The notes under the pieces were generated by a model. The model was given only the letters and a program-made list of their open reading frames with translations. It had not been told where the DNA came from and did no database searches. This document shows, one piece after another, positions 9,174-18,965 of a stretch of DNA of 64,000 bases. How positions within the stretch are numbered: the stretch's first letter is position 1; each line of letters starts with the position of its first letter. The position numbers were made by a program, and so were the translations under genes. Source of the DNA: Candidatus Hydrogenedentota bacterium (GTDB taxonomy: Bacteria; Hydrogenedentota; Hydrogenedentia; Hydrogenedentales; SLHB01); assembly GCA_963668025.2 (NCBI GenBank), contig CAXXTH010000022.1:96001-160000 (forward strand). Direction: 5' to 3'.

Positions 9174-12100
9174 ATGCAAAAACCGACTCGGCGTGATTTC
9201 TTAAAGCAGTCTGCACTTATCACGGGCTCATTTGTTATAGGCGGCGCGGTATCCGCTCAGGGCTGCGCGACTGGGGTGACAGCAAGTGAAACAAAGGATG
9301 GAAATGTGTTTAACACGGATGAACCTGGCGCGGTAACTGGCGTACGGCCTTATGAAATGGACTGGGCGAATCGATTCATGCCCGAACAACCGGAATTGGT
9401 GAATTTTGAAGATCTATCCGGCTGGAAAGTGACGTGTTATGACGGTGCGGAAGTGTCCGTATACCGTTCGAAGCAAGAGGAATTGTTCGGTGAATATACG
9501 GCGAAATTGGCATACAAGGGCACATCATCCGCCAGCAGTTTTCTTCTCGAACCACCGCAGCCCATCATGATTCCTACTCCATATACCGCGGCCAATCTGT
9601 GGGTGCGTGGCAACAATTGCCGGCATATCAACCCGCCGACCGCTACCCGGGTCATCGTCAACCTGATCCTGGTGGGCGCACAAGGCCAGCGGTACCGGTT
9701 ATACATGGGCGTCAACGATTTTGATTATTGGTTTCTCTTCCATGCGCCCATGACCACGCCTGATGGCAAGACCAAGCTGTACGCAGCCATCGGTGATGTC
9801 ACGACCGAAGAAGAGGGCTTGCCGGTTGCGCTGGCGGGAATCGAGGTCACGGGATGCGCAAACACCGCATTTGAAAGCATTTACCTGGACGCCTTATCGT
9901 TCTACGAAATGCAATTCGGAGCGCTCACCTTCGATTTCGAGCCGCCCGCACCCACATGGCCTACGACGCCCGACACCCTGCTGCCTACGTTTAAAGAGAA
10001 CAACGGCCCCTCCCCCACGTTCGCCTATACGCCTTCGACCGGCATGTTGAGCGACCTTACGGTTTCGATTGACGGTAAAACTTTCCAGCCGTGCTATATG
10101 GGGGGTGTTCGGTTCGAGGTAAACGGCAGCATATACGCATTGAATGACAATCTGGCAAAAAAGCAGTTTCTGGGCCAAGAACAGGAAGGCAATGCGCAGC
10201 GGTATAACTGGCAGGTGGCTATAGGCGGAACGGTTATCCCATACAGTTATGTGTTGGAGGTGAAGGGCAAATCGTGCGTCATCGACATTTTCGCGGAGGG
10301 CGGCTTTGCGACACAGCTTGATATTGGACTTGAAAAAGGCATCGCGAATGCGAAGACCGTATTCATGCCATATCTCACCTACTCGTGGGAACGCTTCCCG
10401 CTGATCGTATACGGGCAAGGCGACACCAAGCCTTTCTTTCTGCTTTCGCTGCTCGATTACTACAACTCGGATGCTTCGGAACTGTTCGGCCCTCCCGACC
10501 TCACCGCAGCGGACACCATTGGATATATCGGCGGCGCGCGGTATAAACCAACCACTAACGGGCAGCGGAACAACTTGCGCGAGCGGCTGTTCATCAACGT
10601 CAGCACGGATGTCCAGGAAGTGCTTCCGAACATTCCAAATCCACCCTGCGATACCGCCGATATTGCACGGGAATGCCTAATCAACAATCTGGGCGATGAC
10701 AGCTATCCCTTCCCATATGCCACCATGCGCAAATACAAGGCGTATGGCATTGATAAATATATCGCCAATCATCATGAAAAGCTGTGGCGGGAAGACGAGG
10801 AAAGCTTCACGCTGCGGGATACTCCCGCACCTTCGATTGGCGTGGAACCGCTGCAGAAATACTGCGCGTTTGTGAAAAGCCTCGGATACCGCATCGGCCT
10901 TTACTCGAATTACTCCGACTTTGCGCCCGTGAATGCCTATTGGAGTGAAGACGCGGTCTGCTTGAATCCAGATAACACCTGGCGGCACGCTTGGGAGCGC
11001 AACTATTCCATGAAACCGTTGCGCTCCATGGAGTACGAGGCGCGAATCGCTAAAATCGTCCATGAACGTTATGGAACAAACGCATCGTGCATCGATGTGC
11101 ATACGGCATTGATGCCTTGGGAACGCGTGGATTACGACGCGCGCACGCCTGGCGCGGCGAAATTCCGCACCCAGTTCGACGCCTATTGCCACCTGCTTAT
11201 CAACGAAAGTATCGCGCATGGCGGCCCCGCTATCAGCGAAGGAAATTTCCACTGGTTCTACGCAGGCATTTGTGATGGCAGCTACGCTACGATTACGCCT
11301 TATTTCTCAGGGTACCAGACGCCGCCTCTGGTCGATTTCGATTTATTGAAAATGCACACGAAATCGACTGACCTTGGCGTAGGCTCGCCATACACCTTTT
11401 ATGGGGATACCCCCGCATGGCAGCGGGATGCGGGCCGAACGAGCCAGGGCTGCAATCGTTTCATCACAGCCACTATCGCTTATGGACATATCGGATTCCT
11501 CGATGGGTCGTGGGGATTCGATGGCATGCTCAAAATGTACTACATCATGCAAGCCTTACAGCAACGGTATGTCATGATTCCAGTGCAGTCGATTCAATAC
11601 TTCAATGGCTCCGCTCTCGTGGACACTTCGGCCGCCATTGCAACGGATGCGTATAAACGCAGGCAATTGCACATTGTCTATGAAAATGGGCTGATGCTCT
11701 GGTGCAACTTGAACAACACGCAGAGCTGGAATATAGAGGTGGATGGTAAATCCATCACGCTTCCGGGCAATTCCTTCGCGGCGTTCAAAAAGGATGATAT
11801 TCTCGCCTATTCGGCTATCGTGAATGGCCAGCATCATACCCTGGTATCGTGCCGCGACTACCTGTACCTGGATACGCAGGATCAAGCGGTATCGACCTCG
11901 GTCATCAGCGCGAAGGGCATGGTGGCGGTCAAGCCGGACGGCCCCAACGCCTGGCGCATCATACCGGCCACATATGCCGAAAATATCGTTATTTCGTGTG
12001 AATGGCTCGGCATGAAATACGATACATCGACCTTCACCGCGCGCATTTGCGATCTCCATGGCGAGCCACAACGGGATACAGTTGTTTCGGTTTCCGAAGG

Positions 12101-12206
12101 ATGTTTGCATATAGGCGAGCCGCTTTCCGAAGGGGAATTCCTGCATCTCGCCCTGCACACCGGTATGAGCGCATTAACAACACCCCTGTTTTCTACCGAA
12201 GCGTAA
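9174..12206 (+). CDS. large Tat-exported putative glycoside hydrolase, family unassigned
   Basis: TRRDFLK Tat signal; central barrel-like segment (GYRIGLYSNY, DVHTA..PW, ISEG); divergent from lacI and followed by a GH gene. Confidence 0.6.
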   Translation: MQKPTRRDFLKQSALITGSFVIGGAVSAQGCATGVTASETKDGNVFNTDEPGAVTGVRPYEMDWANRFMPEQPELVNFEDLSGWKVTCYDGAEVSVYRSKQEELFGEYTAKLAYKGTSSASSFLLEPPQPIMIPTPYTAANLWVRGNNCRHINPPTATRVIVNLILVGAQGQRYRLYMGVNDFDYWFLFHAPMTTPDGKTKLYAAIGDVTTEEEGLPVALAGIEVTGCANTAFESIYLDALSFYEMQFGALTFDFEPPAPTWPTTPDTLLPTFKENNGPSPTFAYTPSTGMLSDLTVSIDGKTFQPCYMGGVRFEVNGSIYALNDNLAKKQFLGQEQEGNAQRYNWQVAIGGTVIPYSYVLEVKGKSCVIDIFAEGGFATQLDIGLEKGIANAKTVFMPYLTYSWERFPLIVYGQGDTKPFFLLSLLDYYNSDASELFGPPDLTAADTIGYIGGARYKPTTNGQRNNLRERLFINVSTDVQEVLPNIPNPPCDTADIARECLINNLGDDSYPFPYATMRKYKAYGIDKYIANHHEKLWREDEESFTLRDTPAPSIGVEPLQKYCAFVKSLGYRIGLYSNYSDFAPVNAYWSEDAVCLNPDNTWRHAWERNYSMKPLRSMEYEARIAKIVHERYGTNASCIDVHTALMPWERVDYDARTPGAAKFRTQFDAYCHLLINESIAHGGPAISEGNFHWFYAGICDGSYATITPYFSGYQTPPLVDFDLLKMHTKSTDLGVGSPYTFYGDTPAWQRDAGRTSQGCNRFITATIAYGHIGFLDGSWGFDGMLKMYYIMQALQQRYVMIPVQSIQYFNGSALVDTSAAIATDAYKRRQLHIVYENGLMLWCNLNNTQSWNIEVDGKSITLPGNSFAAFKKDDILAYSAIVNGQHHTLVSCRDYLYLDTQDQAVSTSVISAKGMVAVKPDGPNAWRIIPATYAENIVISCEWLGMKYDTSTFTARICDLHGEPQRDTVVSVSEGCLHIGEPLSEGEFLHLALHTGMSALTTPLFSTEA

Positions 12207-12239
12207 TTGAGTGAAACATCGTTTAACATGAGGTGGCGA

Positions 12240-13496
12240 ATGAAGGCAAAACCAATGGAAACGGCAAAAATTCATGAACGGTACCTGAGTGCGCTCGAGC
12301 ACATACGCACCCATCACCTGCGTATCTTCCCGGGATGTGAAAAACCTGTGTTTTTGATCGGTGAAACATATGCGGGTGTATGGCTCGAACATGTATGGGA
12401 CGCCGTTTTTTGGGCGCTCCACGACAGAGCAGGCGCGGATGTGGCGGTCGCCCAAGTGGACCTTTTTTTACGATATCAGAAACCGGACGGCCAGTTGCCG
12501 TGTTATGTGCTTGATGGATACAGCGCCTATGAATCCGCCTGGCACATGATTAGGCACACAGGAGGCGTGTGTTATGGCCAGCTCCAGGAAGTAGCCTCAT
12601 TTGCACGGGCGGCCCTCGAGGCTGCCCGCCTCTCCCAAAATGAAGCCTTTCTTGCGCGCGCCTACGAGGGATGCGCGCGCTGGGACATGTGGCTGATGCA
12701 GCACCGCAACACCCGTGGAACCGGCCTCGTGGAGCTGTTTTGTGAATTCGACACTGGCCTGGATAACTGCCCGCGCGTGATGGATGGCGGCATACCACGG
12801 CAGTGCGCCCACGCGGATGCGCGCATATGCCCCGATCTGGACTTCATGCCGCTCCTCGCACCCGACCTCTCCGCGCATGTGTATGGTTCGCGCATGGCGC
12901 TGGCGGAGATGGCCGAACTCCTCGGGCGGCGGGAATGGGCCGGGCAATGGCGTGAACGGGCTAACGAAATCAAGCAACTCATCCATGCATATTGTTTTGA
13001 TCCCGAAGACGAGTTTTTTTACGACGTGGACCGGCAAGGAAATTTCCGTAAATACCGAACCATCCATATCACGCGCCTTTTTCAGGAGCATGTGCTGGAC
13101 CAGGATTTGGCGGACCGCATCTACGAGCGGTATTTGCGCAATCCAGCGGAATTCTGGACGCCATATCCATTCCCATCGGTCTCGCTGGCCGATCCGAGTT
13201 TCGACAGCTCGTTCAGCCAGCCCAACTCGTGGGGCTGCTGGTCGAATGCATTGACCGCGCTACGTTCGATGATGTGGATGGACCATTACGGTAAAGGCAA
13301 GGATCTCTACCTGCTCCTTGGTTCATGGCTGCAAGCATATGCTTCCGCTGAAGAATGCTTCTCGCAAGGATTGCACCCGATCTCCGGCGCGACTACCCCG
13401 GGCATCAACTGGTATTCCTCCGGCATGTTGCTCTACCTACACGCTGCTGAACGGCTGGGACTGGCTCCCGCGCGGGAAGAGTTATTCGGAACCTGA
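12240..13496 (+). CDS. (alpha/alpha)6 glycoside hydrolase, GH63/MGH1-like
   Basis: Q.PDGQLP, DTGLDN.PR, FFYD.D, EFWTPYPFPSVS motifs; no signal peptide; start chosen behind GAGGTG. Confidence 0.72.
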   Translation: MKAKPMETAKIHERYLSALEHIRTHHLRIFPGCEKPVFLIGETYAGVWLEHVWDAVFWALHDRAGADVAVAQVDLFLRYQKPDGQLPCYVLDGYSAYESAWHMIRHTGGVCYGQLQEVASFARAALEAARLSQNEAFLARAYEGCARWDMWLMQHRNTRGTGLVELFCEFDTGLDNCPRVMDGGIPRQCAHADARICPDLDFMPLLAPDLSAHVYGSRMALAEMAELLGRREWAGQWRERANEIKQLIHAYCFDPEDEFFYDVDRQGNFRKYRTIHITRLFQEHVLDQDLADRIYERYLRNPAEFWTPYPFPSVSLADPSFDSSFSQPNSWGCWSNALTALRSMMWMDHYGKGKDLYLLLGSWLQAYASAEECFSQGLHPISGATTPGINWYSSGMLLYLHAAERLGLAPAREELFGT

Positions 13497-13508
13497 ATCC
13501 ATACTGAA

Positions 13509-13541
13509 TCCGTGGCATGGAGGTGGCGTCCATGCCACGGA
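13509..13541. repeat. perfect palindrome related to REP-like family A, between convergent genes
   Basis: TCCGTGGCATGGA-7 nt-TCCATGCCACGGA; arms match the ends of the elements at 29938 and 52024. Confidence 0.7.
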
Positions 13542-13565
13542 AAGGTTCAGTTATCCGAAACCGCC

Positions 13566-15875
13566 TTAAGGCTTCATCGTCGCGCAACCAAAGATCCTGC
13601 CAGAGATTGCACCGTGGATGGCCTCGATCTTAACGGTTGCTTTCTCTTTTCCTTGAGTCCATTCCTGAGGAATCGGGTATTCTTTGCTGAAGAACTGCGA
13701 GGGAAACTCCGCAATGAATCGTTCTTCGGTGATTTTATGTCCATCCACTGACACTGCGAAATCGCAGCCTGAGTCACTTCCCCAATAGGTGATGAGCAGC
13801 GTCATCGGCTGATCAGGCAGGACTTTAAAATCCCAACTGAACCACCCCTCTGGTTCACTTTGACGGTACGATTTACCCTTCACCGGCCCGCCCGTTGCGG
13901 TCTTTTCACCCTGCAAATGGTGCGCCGCTTCAGATGCTTCGTCTTGTATAGCGACGCGGTCAATGACTCTCGCCTCTTGCTGTTTCAACTTTTCCGCTTT
14001 GGCCCGCTGCTCATCGAGATACTTTTGGTATTCCGCACTCTCCGGTTTATAAACCCGCACGTACACGCCATAGGCGATATCGTCCATGACCCGGTTAAGC
14101 GGGCTGAAGACCAATTCGGGCTGCACGCCAACGGTACGGAACATTAACGCCTTTCCATCCACCGGCTTGAGCCATGTATCCACCTGTTCGGGATCCGCCA
14201 TCAATAATACATCCTGCTCGGTGGGTGTGGCCAGCACCAACGGCCCATACATCAACGCCATCAGGTTCGCATCATCGGGCATCGGATGGGCATGCAAGCT
14301 CATGGGAAGTGCAATCTGAACCTTGTCTCCCTCTTTCCAGCGCCGCTCGATGCGGAACCAAGCACCTGGCTGTGCCGGTTCGTCAATCTTTTTACCATTG
14401 ACACGCACCTCGACACCCCCTGCCGCCCAATAAGGCGCATGCAGATTCAATCCAAAACGCACAGATTGCTTGGCATGAATGATGAACGTGCTGCCCTGCT
14501 CTTCTGGGAATTGGGTGCGCTGCTCAACACGCACGCCTTTCCCAGGCCACTCAACCTGGGAAGCAATGTACAGGCTAACGAAGAGGTTCTTCTTGTCATG
14601 GTAATAAATACTGTCGCCGATTTTGGCGAAGGATTCGCATCCCGTACCACAACAACACCACATCGAATCATAGGGAGTACTGAAGACTTTCTTAAATCCG
14701 CTGGCCAGGGGCATGTAGTATATCAACATGCTGGTTTGGGGATTTTGCGTCCCGAGGATGCCATTGAAGAACAGCCGTTCTTGGTAATCGGCATATCGCA
14801 CCTCGCCGGTCCAGCAGAGCTGTTTGTGCGTCAGCTTGAGCATGTTATAGGAAGTACAGCTCTCCTGGTTGTTGTCACTCAAGGTGTAAGCCAGGCGATT
14901 GGCTTCCCGCCATGCTTCCCCCGTACTGGTTCCTCCCGTGGCGTATGCGCGCGTATTCATAACCAGGCCTGCGAAATAATCAACCATCGCCCGGGATTGT
15001 TCATTGCCAGTCAGTTCATAATTCCGGGCCGCCCCAATTACCACCGGGATATTTGAATTCGCATGGCACTTGTCCAGCTTATCCTGGTGCTCAGCCAATG
15101 GAGCCAGAAACGGTTCGATGGCCAGCAGACGCTCTCCCATTTCGAGATATTGCTTATTTCCCGTTTCCGCGTAAAGGTTGTGCCAAAATTCGACGAATCC
15201 GCCATGCTCCTGGCCAAACATCGCCTTGCACTCTTCCATGTTAAACTTGAGGAAGAATCCAGCGAGCTTTTCCACCACTTCAAGCGCCTGTTGGTTTCCG
15301 CAGAGCTGATATTGCTCCAGCAGGCCCGCCATCGTTTTATGGAACATGTACAAGGGACAATGCCAGCCACCCCACGTGCCATAATTTCCCTTGACTCGTT
15401 CAGATAAGAAAAGATCAAACTCCGCCCGGGGATGTGCTGAAAGATAACCGTCATCACCAAAAGCTTGCTGGCAGCGGGCCAATTCCGCCACGAGCGCATC
15501 CGCCTTAGCCTTGAGTGTTTCGTCCCCGGTGCTGGCATACATTTGCGCACACGCGGAAAGGTAATGGCCTAGAAATGACCCGCGAATAGGGAAATCCGGC
15601 GCCTCCCAGCCCCCTGAAGGTTTTCCGGGCGTGGGCAATCCCGCCGATTGGCGATAGGCGTAGAGCAGGCGATCCGGCTCCAGCTCAAGCAGGTACCGCA
15701 TATCCGCCTGCTGCGCCGTTAGGCATGGCCCATCCAGTAATCGAACTTGCGACAACGCAAATGGCTCTAGTTTCATTTGGGGAGATTCCTCGCCGGCACA
15801 GACGTTATCCGCATAAACTCGTCCCGTAAATCCTATGAGCAAAGCTAGCACGAGGGTAATCGAATGAATAGTCAT
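13566..15875 (-). CDS. secreted beta-L-arabinofuranosidase-like protein (GH127/GH146)
   Basis: GGWE, GHYLSA, HAN..IP, ESC.SYNMLKL, WCCCGTG.ES motifs; signal peptide; start ATG15875 behind AAAGGAGA. Confidence 0.88.
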   Translation of the reverse strand: MTIHSITLVLALLIGFTGRVYADNVCAGEESPQMKLEPFALSQVRLLDGPCLTAQQADMRYLLELEPDRLLYAYRQSAGLPTPGKPSGGWEAPDFPIRGSFLGHYLSACAQMYASTGDETLKAKADALVAELARCQQAFGDDGYLSAHPRAEFDLFLSERVKGNYGTWGGWHCPLYMFHKTMAGLLEQYQLCGNQQALEVVEKLAGFFLKFNMEECKAMFGQEHGGFVEFWHNLYAETGNKQYLEMGERLLAIEPFLAPLAEHQDKLDKCHANSNIPVVIGAARNYELTGNEQSRAMVDYFAGLVMNTRAYATGGTSTGEAWREANRLAYTLSDNNQESCTSYNMLKLTHKQLCWTGEVRYADYQERLFFNGILGTQNPQTSMLIYYMPLASGFKKVFSTPYDSMWCCCGTGCESFAKIGDSIYYHDKKNLFVSLYIASQVEWPGKGVRVEQRTQFPEEQGSTFIIHAKQSVRFGLNLHAPYWAAGGVEVRVNGKKIDEPAQPGAWFRIERRWKEGDKVQIALPMSLHAHPMPDDANLMALMYGPLVLATPTEQDVLLMADPEQVDTWLKPVDGKALMFRTVGVQPELVFSPLNRVMDDIAYGVYVRVYKPESAEYQKYLDEQRAKAEKLKQQEARVIDRVAIQDEASEAAHHLQGEKTATGGPVKGKSYRQSEPEGWFSWDFKVLPDQPMTLLITYWGSDSGCDFAVSVDGHKITEERFIAEFPSQFFSKEYPIPQEWTQGKEKATVKIEAIHGAISGRIFGCATMKP

Positions 15876-15915
15876 GCATCGATCTCCTTTCTTAGTTCCA
15901 CGTAATGCGAATTGG

Positions 15916-15967
15916 ATAAAGCGCTCAATGCGACCATATATATAAAATATATATACGCATATGTCAA
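15916..15967 (-). promoter_or_regulatory. sigma70 promoter with LacI-type operator candidate upstream of the GH127/146 gene
   Basis: Minus strand TTGACA-17 nt-TATATA, then ATTGAGCGCTTTAT (AGCGCT-centred quasi-palindrome, 15916-15929). Confidence 0.5.
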
Positions 15968-16216
15968 CACTTACGGCCACACATTTTTTACAAATCGGAA
16001 CAAAACTGCCAAAATCCTCCCCCTAACCTTACGAATTCATATGTGAAGCGTATGAATTTTGTATGCTTTATCAAAGCCCAGATCTACTCAGACAGAACAA
16101 TATTTATACTTGAAAGCGCCAGACTCTTGCATAATCTCTTTTGCCCAACAAAAAATCTGACGTGGGCGTTGCCCACAACCCAATGGAACGTCATCACACG
16201 GTTTATTATTATTCAC

Positions 16217-16327
16217 CTTTGCGTTCTTGGCGGCTTTGCGTGCGTATAAATTGGCTGGGCGAACTGGCGCTCGTAGCGCGTAGAATATTTACTTTTATAT
16301 TTCACGCAAAGCCGCGAAGGCGCAAAG
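16217..16327. repeat. inverted pair of CGCAAAG periodic repeats
   Basis: CTTTGCGTTCTTGGCGGCTTTGCGTG (16217-16242) versus CACGCAAAGCCGCGAAGGCGCAAAG (16303-16327). Confidence 0.7.
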
Positions 16328-16536
16328 AATGCAAGGTCCAACGCGCGGCAAACCGCTTAAACGAGCGGATTTTAAGGCCACGTCTATCTTTACTTTGGGT
16401 GGTGGACAACATCCACGTCCGTGTAGTATAGAGCATTACAAACACTGAAAGCCGACGCCCAAAAAAACGGCGGATCTCAACGCGGTTTTATATATATTAG
16501 TTGTATCCTAATGTATTTGTATAGTTTATATACAAT

Positions 16537-18864
16537 TTATTCGTATACGTTTTTCAGGATCCCGTTTGGATTGTCGAAACGGGCGAATGCATCCCATTCA
16601 CGATGAGTTTTACGCATCCACAATTTCAATTCGTTCCGGCCTTTTTTCAACTCGACAGGTACGGCATTCATATCGGTCTCTAGAAATGGCCATGATGTTT
16701 CAGCTCCATCTTCATACACTTGCACGCCGTTCAGCCATGCTTGGAAGCCACGGGTTACATATGAAAGCGTTAGCGTGCTTTTCATGTCTTCTGGCGCGTC
16801 GACAAACCCCACGACACACATGTAATCCTTGTCTAGCCGCCCGGTTTTATTCGGAAAATCGAGCTTTGGACCTGATTCGGCCCGGCGCTCCCAGCGAAGC
16901 GGCTGGCCATCGGCGTTATTAAAGGTCTTCTCCGTATCAAAGGCAGGCGGCTCCGCAGCCATGGCGGCCGCAAGTTCATCAGGCGTGAGCGGCAGCGGAC
17001 CCAACTGCCACCAGCGTGTGATAAACGGCCCTTCCACCTTCAAACTCGTCAGGAATCCCTCGACTAATCCGGTAAATTCCCGGTGTTTAGTGATCCCATG
17101 TTCCGCGATCTGTCGGCACATTTCCTCTTTAACCTCGGGCGTAACCTCCGCCATGATGCCGCGCACCACGCCCTGGCTGGCCTTGAACTTGATGTAATTC
17201 ATCCCTAGCCGCATATACTTCACGCGGCCGAGAATCGCCGCGTCGCCCGCCGCCAGCCGTTCCGCCTCGTTCAATAGCGCATCCGCTTCGTCAACCATCT
17301 CTTGGGTTAAGAAATCGCCGCATTCCACCCCCGCATAACCGTTGATGCTTGCATAATTGGTCATATGCACCTGGGGGTCATCCGCACGGGCTTGAAGAAG
17401 TTGAAGATATTTCAAGAGGGGCGGCGCGGCAGGCCCATATACGCCGTCCAGGTAGTCTCGAATGAGGACATCCACGTCGCGGTTGGGATCCCACAACAAT
17501 TGGGCGCACAGCCATCCGCGCAGTTCGGCCAATTCGCCGCCAGGGCTTTCATAACTGCTTTGCATCATGAGGCCCGTCACATGATGATCGCGGTAAAAGC
17601 GGTAATTGACGGGTATCGACCAAAGATTAGGCATCGGGGCGAAGTAATGCACAAATCTAGTCGCATAATACCAGATCCACAGACGGTCCGCCTTCTCACC
17701 CCAAACCTTCACCTGCTGGACGTATTTTGGCAAAAGTTCGCATTTTTCGACTGCGTGTGAGCCGCATCCATACCATAGACTAGGCACACAAAGCATGATG
17801 ATGACATTGGGCTGCATCTTGCTTGTCTTTGGGGGATCAATATAGTAGGAATACGCGGCATTATGAATTAGCAGTTTTGGATTCTTTTCCGCTACGCGGC
17901 GCGCCACCTCGTTGGTGAACCACATGACGGTGCCGCCAGTACCGCCTTCCCGCGCATCGATAGCCTTGCAGGTGTCGCATTCGCAGATCAGATGATGATC
18001 CATCGGGCACACCGTGAAAATACGCGCCTCCGGGTGTTCCTCGGAGGCCTTGAGGATTTTACTGGCGAATAATTCCGCTACATCGGGATTCGCATGGCAA
18101 AGCTGGGCGCTGCGGTTTCGCTGCCCGCCAATCAATCCCCAGTATTCCGGGTGCGCTTCGAAATAATCGTTGGGGTTTATCCAATAATCATACGTGTGGT
18201 AGTGTGGACCATACCAGACAGAAGGGCCGCCGTGGACATCATCCAGCTTAGCCCAGTCGAGGTTGCAGCGATTTCGGGCGGCCCAATCCTGATCGGCCAT
18301 GGCCTCGAAGGCGTAGAACGCACGCTGATCCTGAAAAGCCGGCCGCTCCACCTGAAATTCCGGCGCTGTAAACTGTTTTGCTTTTGGAATACGCGATACG
18401 GTTGCGGTGTACCAGCGGCATCCAAGCCGGTCACCCAGCAACCCATACACCCCGTTCAAAGTGCCCCGTGGCGAACCTCCAACAATCGCCAGCGCATTCG
18501 GACGCGCACAGAAGGCGTAATCATCATCGCCCAGCTTTTGCGCCGCGATTTTATCCGCCAGTTCAGGCATGGCGGCGTCTAGCGCGGGACTCCCCCCTAC
18601 GTACAATCGAAGCGCTGCATCGGCGGCGGCAGGCGCATCAGAAGCAATCCCGCCCGACTGCCGTAAAAACTGGTCGAGTTCCACCGCGGCCTGGCGCGTG
18701 GTGATAACGGCGTCTTCAGCCACGACTATGTTATACGATACCTGGCTGTCATCAGCAAACGTAAGAGTAACCTCTTCCCCCATCGCTGGAAACGCCAAGA
18801 CATATAACGTTACCGCCCACCATAAAACCATGCTGTCAGGCCATTTTTTCCAATTTTGCGTCAT
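16537..18864 (-). CDS. DUF4838-type secreted protein with GH67/GH20-like N-terminal domain
   Basis: Signal peptide; GGSPRGTLNGVY..L...LGCRWY; YFEAHPEYW; QLC.ANPDV; CEC..C; LLWDP..D motifs. Confidence 0.78.
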   Translation of the reverse strand: MTQNWKKWPDSMVLWWAVTLYVLAFPAMGEEVTLTFADDSQVSYNIVVAEDAVITTRQAAVELDQFLRQSGGIASDAPAAADAALRLYVGGSPALDAAMPELADKIAAQKLGDDDYAFCARPNALAIVGGSPRGTLNGVYGLLGDRLGCRWYTATVSRIPKAKQFTAPEFQVERPAFQDQRAFYAFEAMADQDWAARNRCNLDWAKLDDVHGGPSVWYGPHYHTYDYWINPNDYFEAHPEYWGLIGGQRNRSAQLCHANPDVAELFASKILKASEEHPEARIFTVCPMDHHLICECDTCKAIDAREGGTGGTVMWFTNEVARRVAEKNPKLLIHNAAYSYYIDPPKTSKMQPNVIIMLCVPSLWYGCGSHAVEKCELLPKYVQQVKVWGEKADRLWIWYYATRFVHYFAPMPNLWSIPVNYRFYRDHHVTGLMMQSSYESPGGELAELRGWLCAQLLWDPNRDVDVLIRDYLDGVYGPAAPPLLKYLQLLQARADDPQVHMTNYASINGYAGVECGDFLTQEMVDEADALLNEAERLAAGDAAILGRVKYMRLGMNYIKFKASQGVVRGIMAEVTPEVKEEMCRQIAEHGITKHREFTGLVEGFLTSLKVEGPFITRWWQLGPLPLTPDELAAAMAAEPPAFDTEKTFNNADGQPLRWERRAESGPKLDFPNKTGRLDKDYMCVVGFVDAPEDMKSTLTLSYVTRGFQAWLNGVQVYEDGAETSWPFLETDMNAVPVELKKGRNELKLWMRKTHREWDAFARFDNPNGILKNVYE

Positions 18865-18965
18865 GGTAATTAGCCCCCAACCGCAATAGAGTAGAAATAT
18901 CCCACACTAAACATATACACTTTTGTATGTCTGTTCCTACAGATCCCCGCCACAGGCGCGCTTGC

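Noticed and set aside
16043-16431. Short ORFs in the 660-nt gap between the GH127/146 and DUF4838 genes
   Set aside because: AT-rich, no RBS or motif, and they run through the CGCAAAG repeats.
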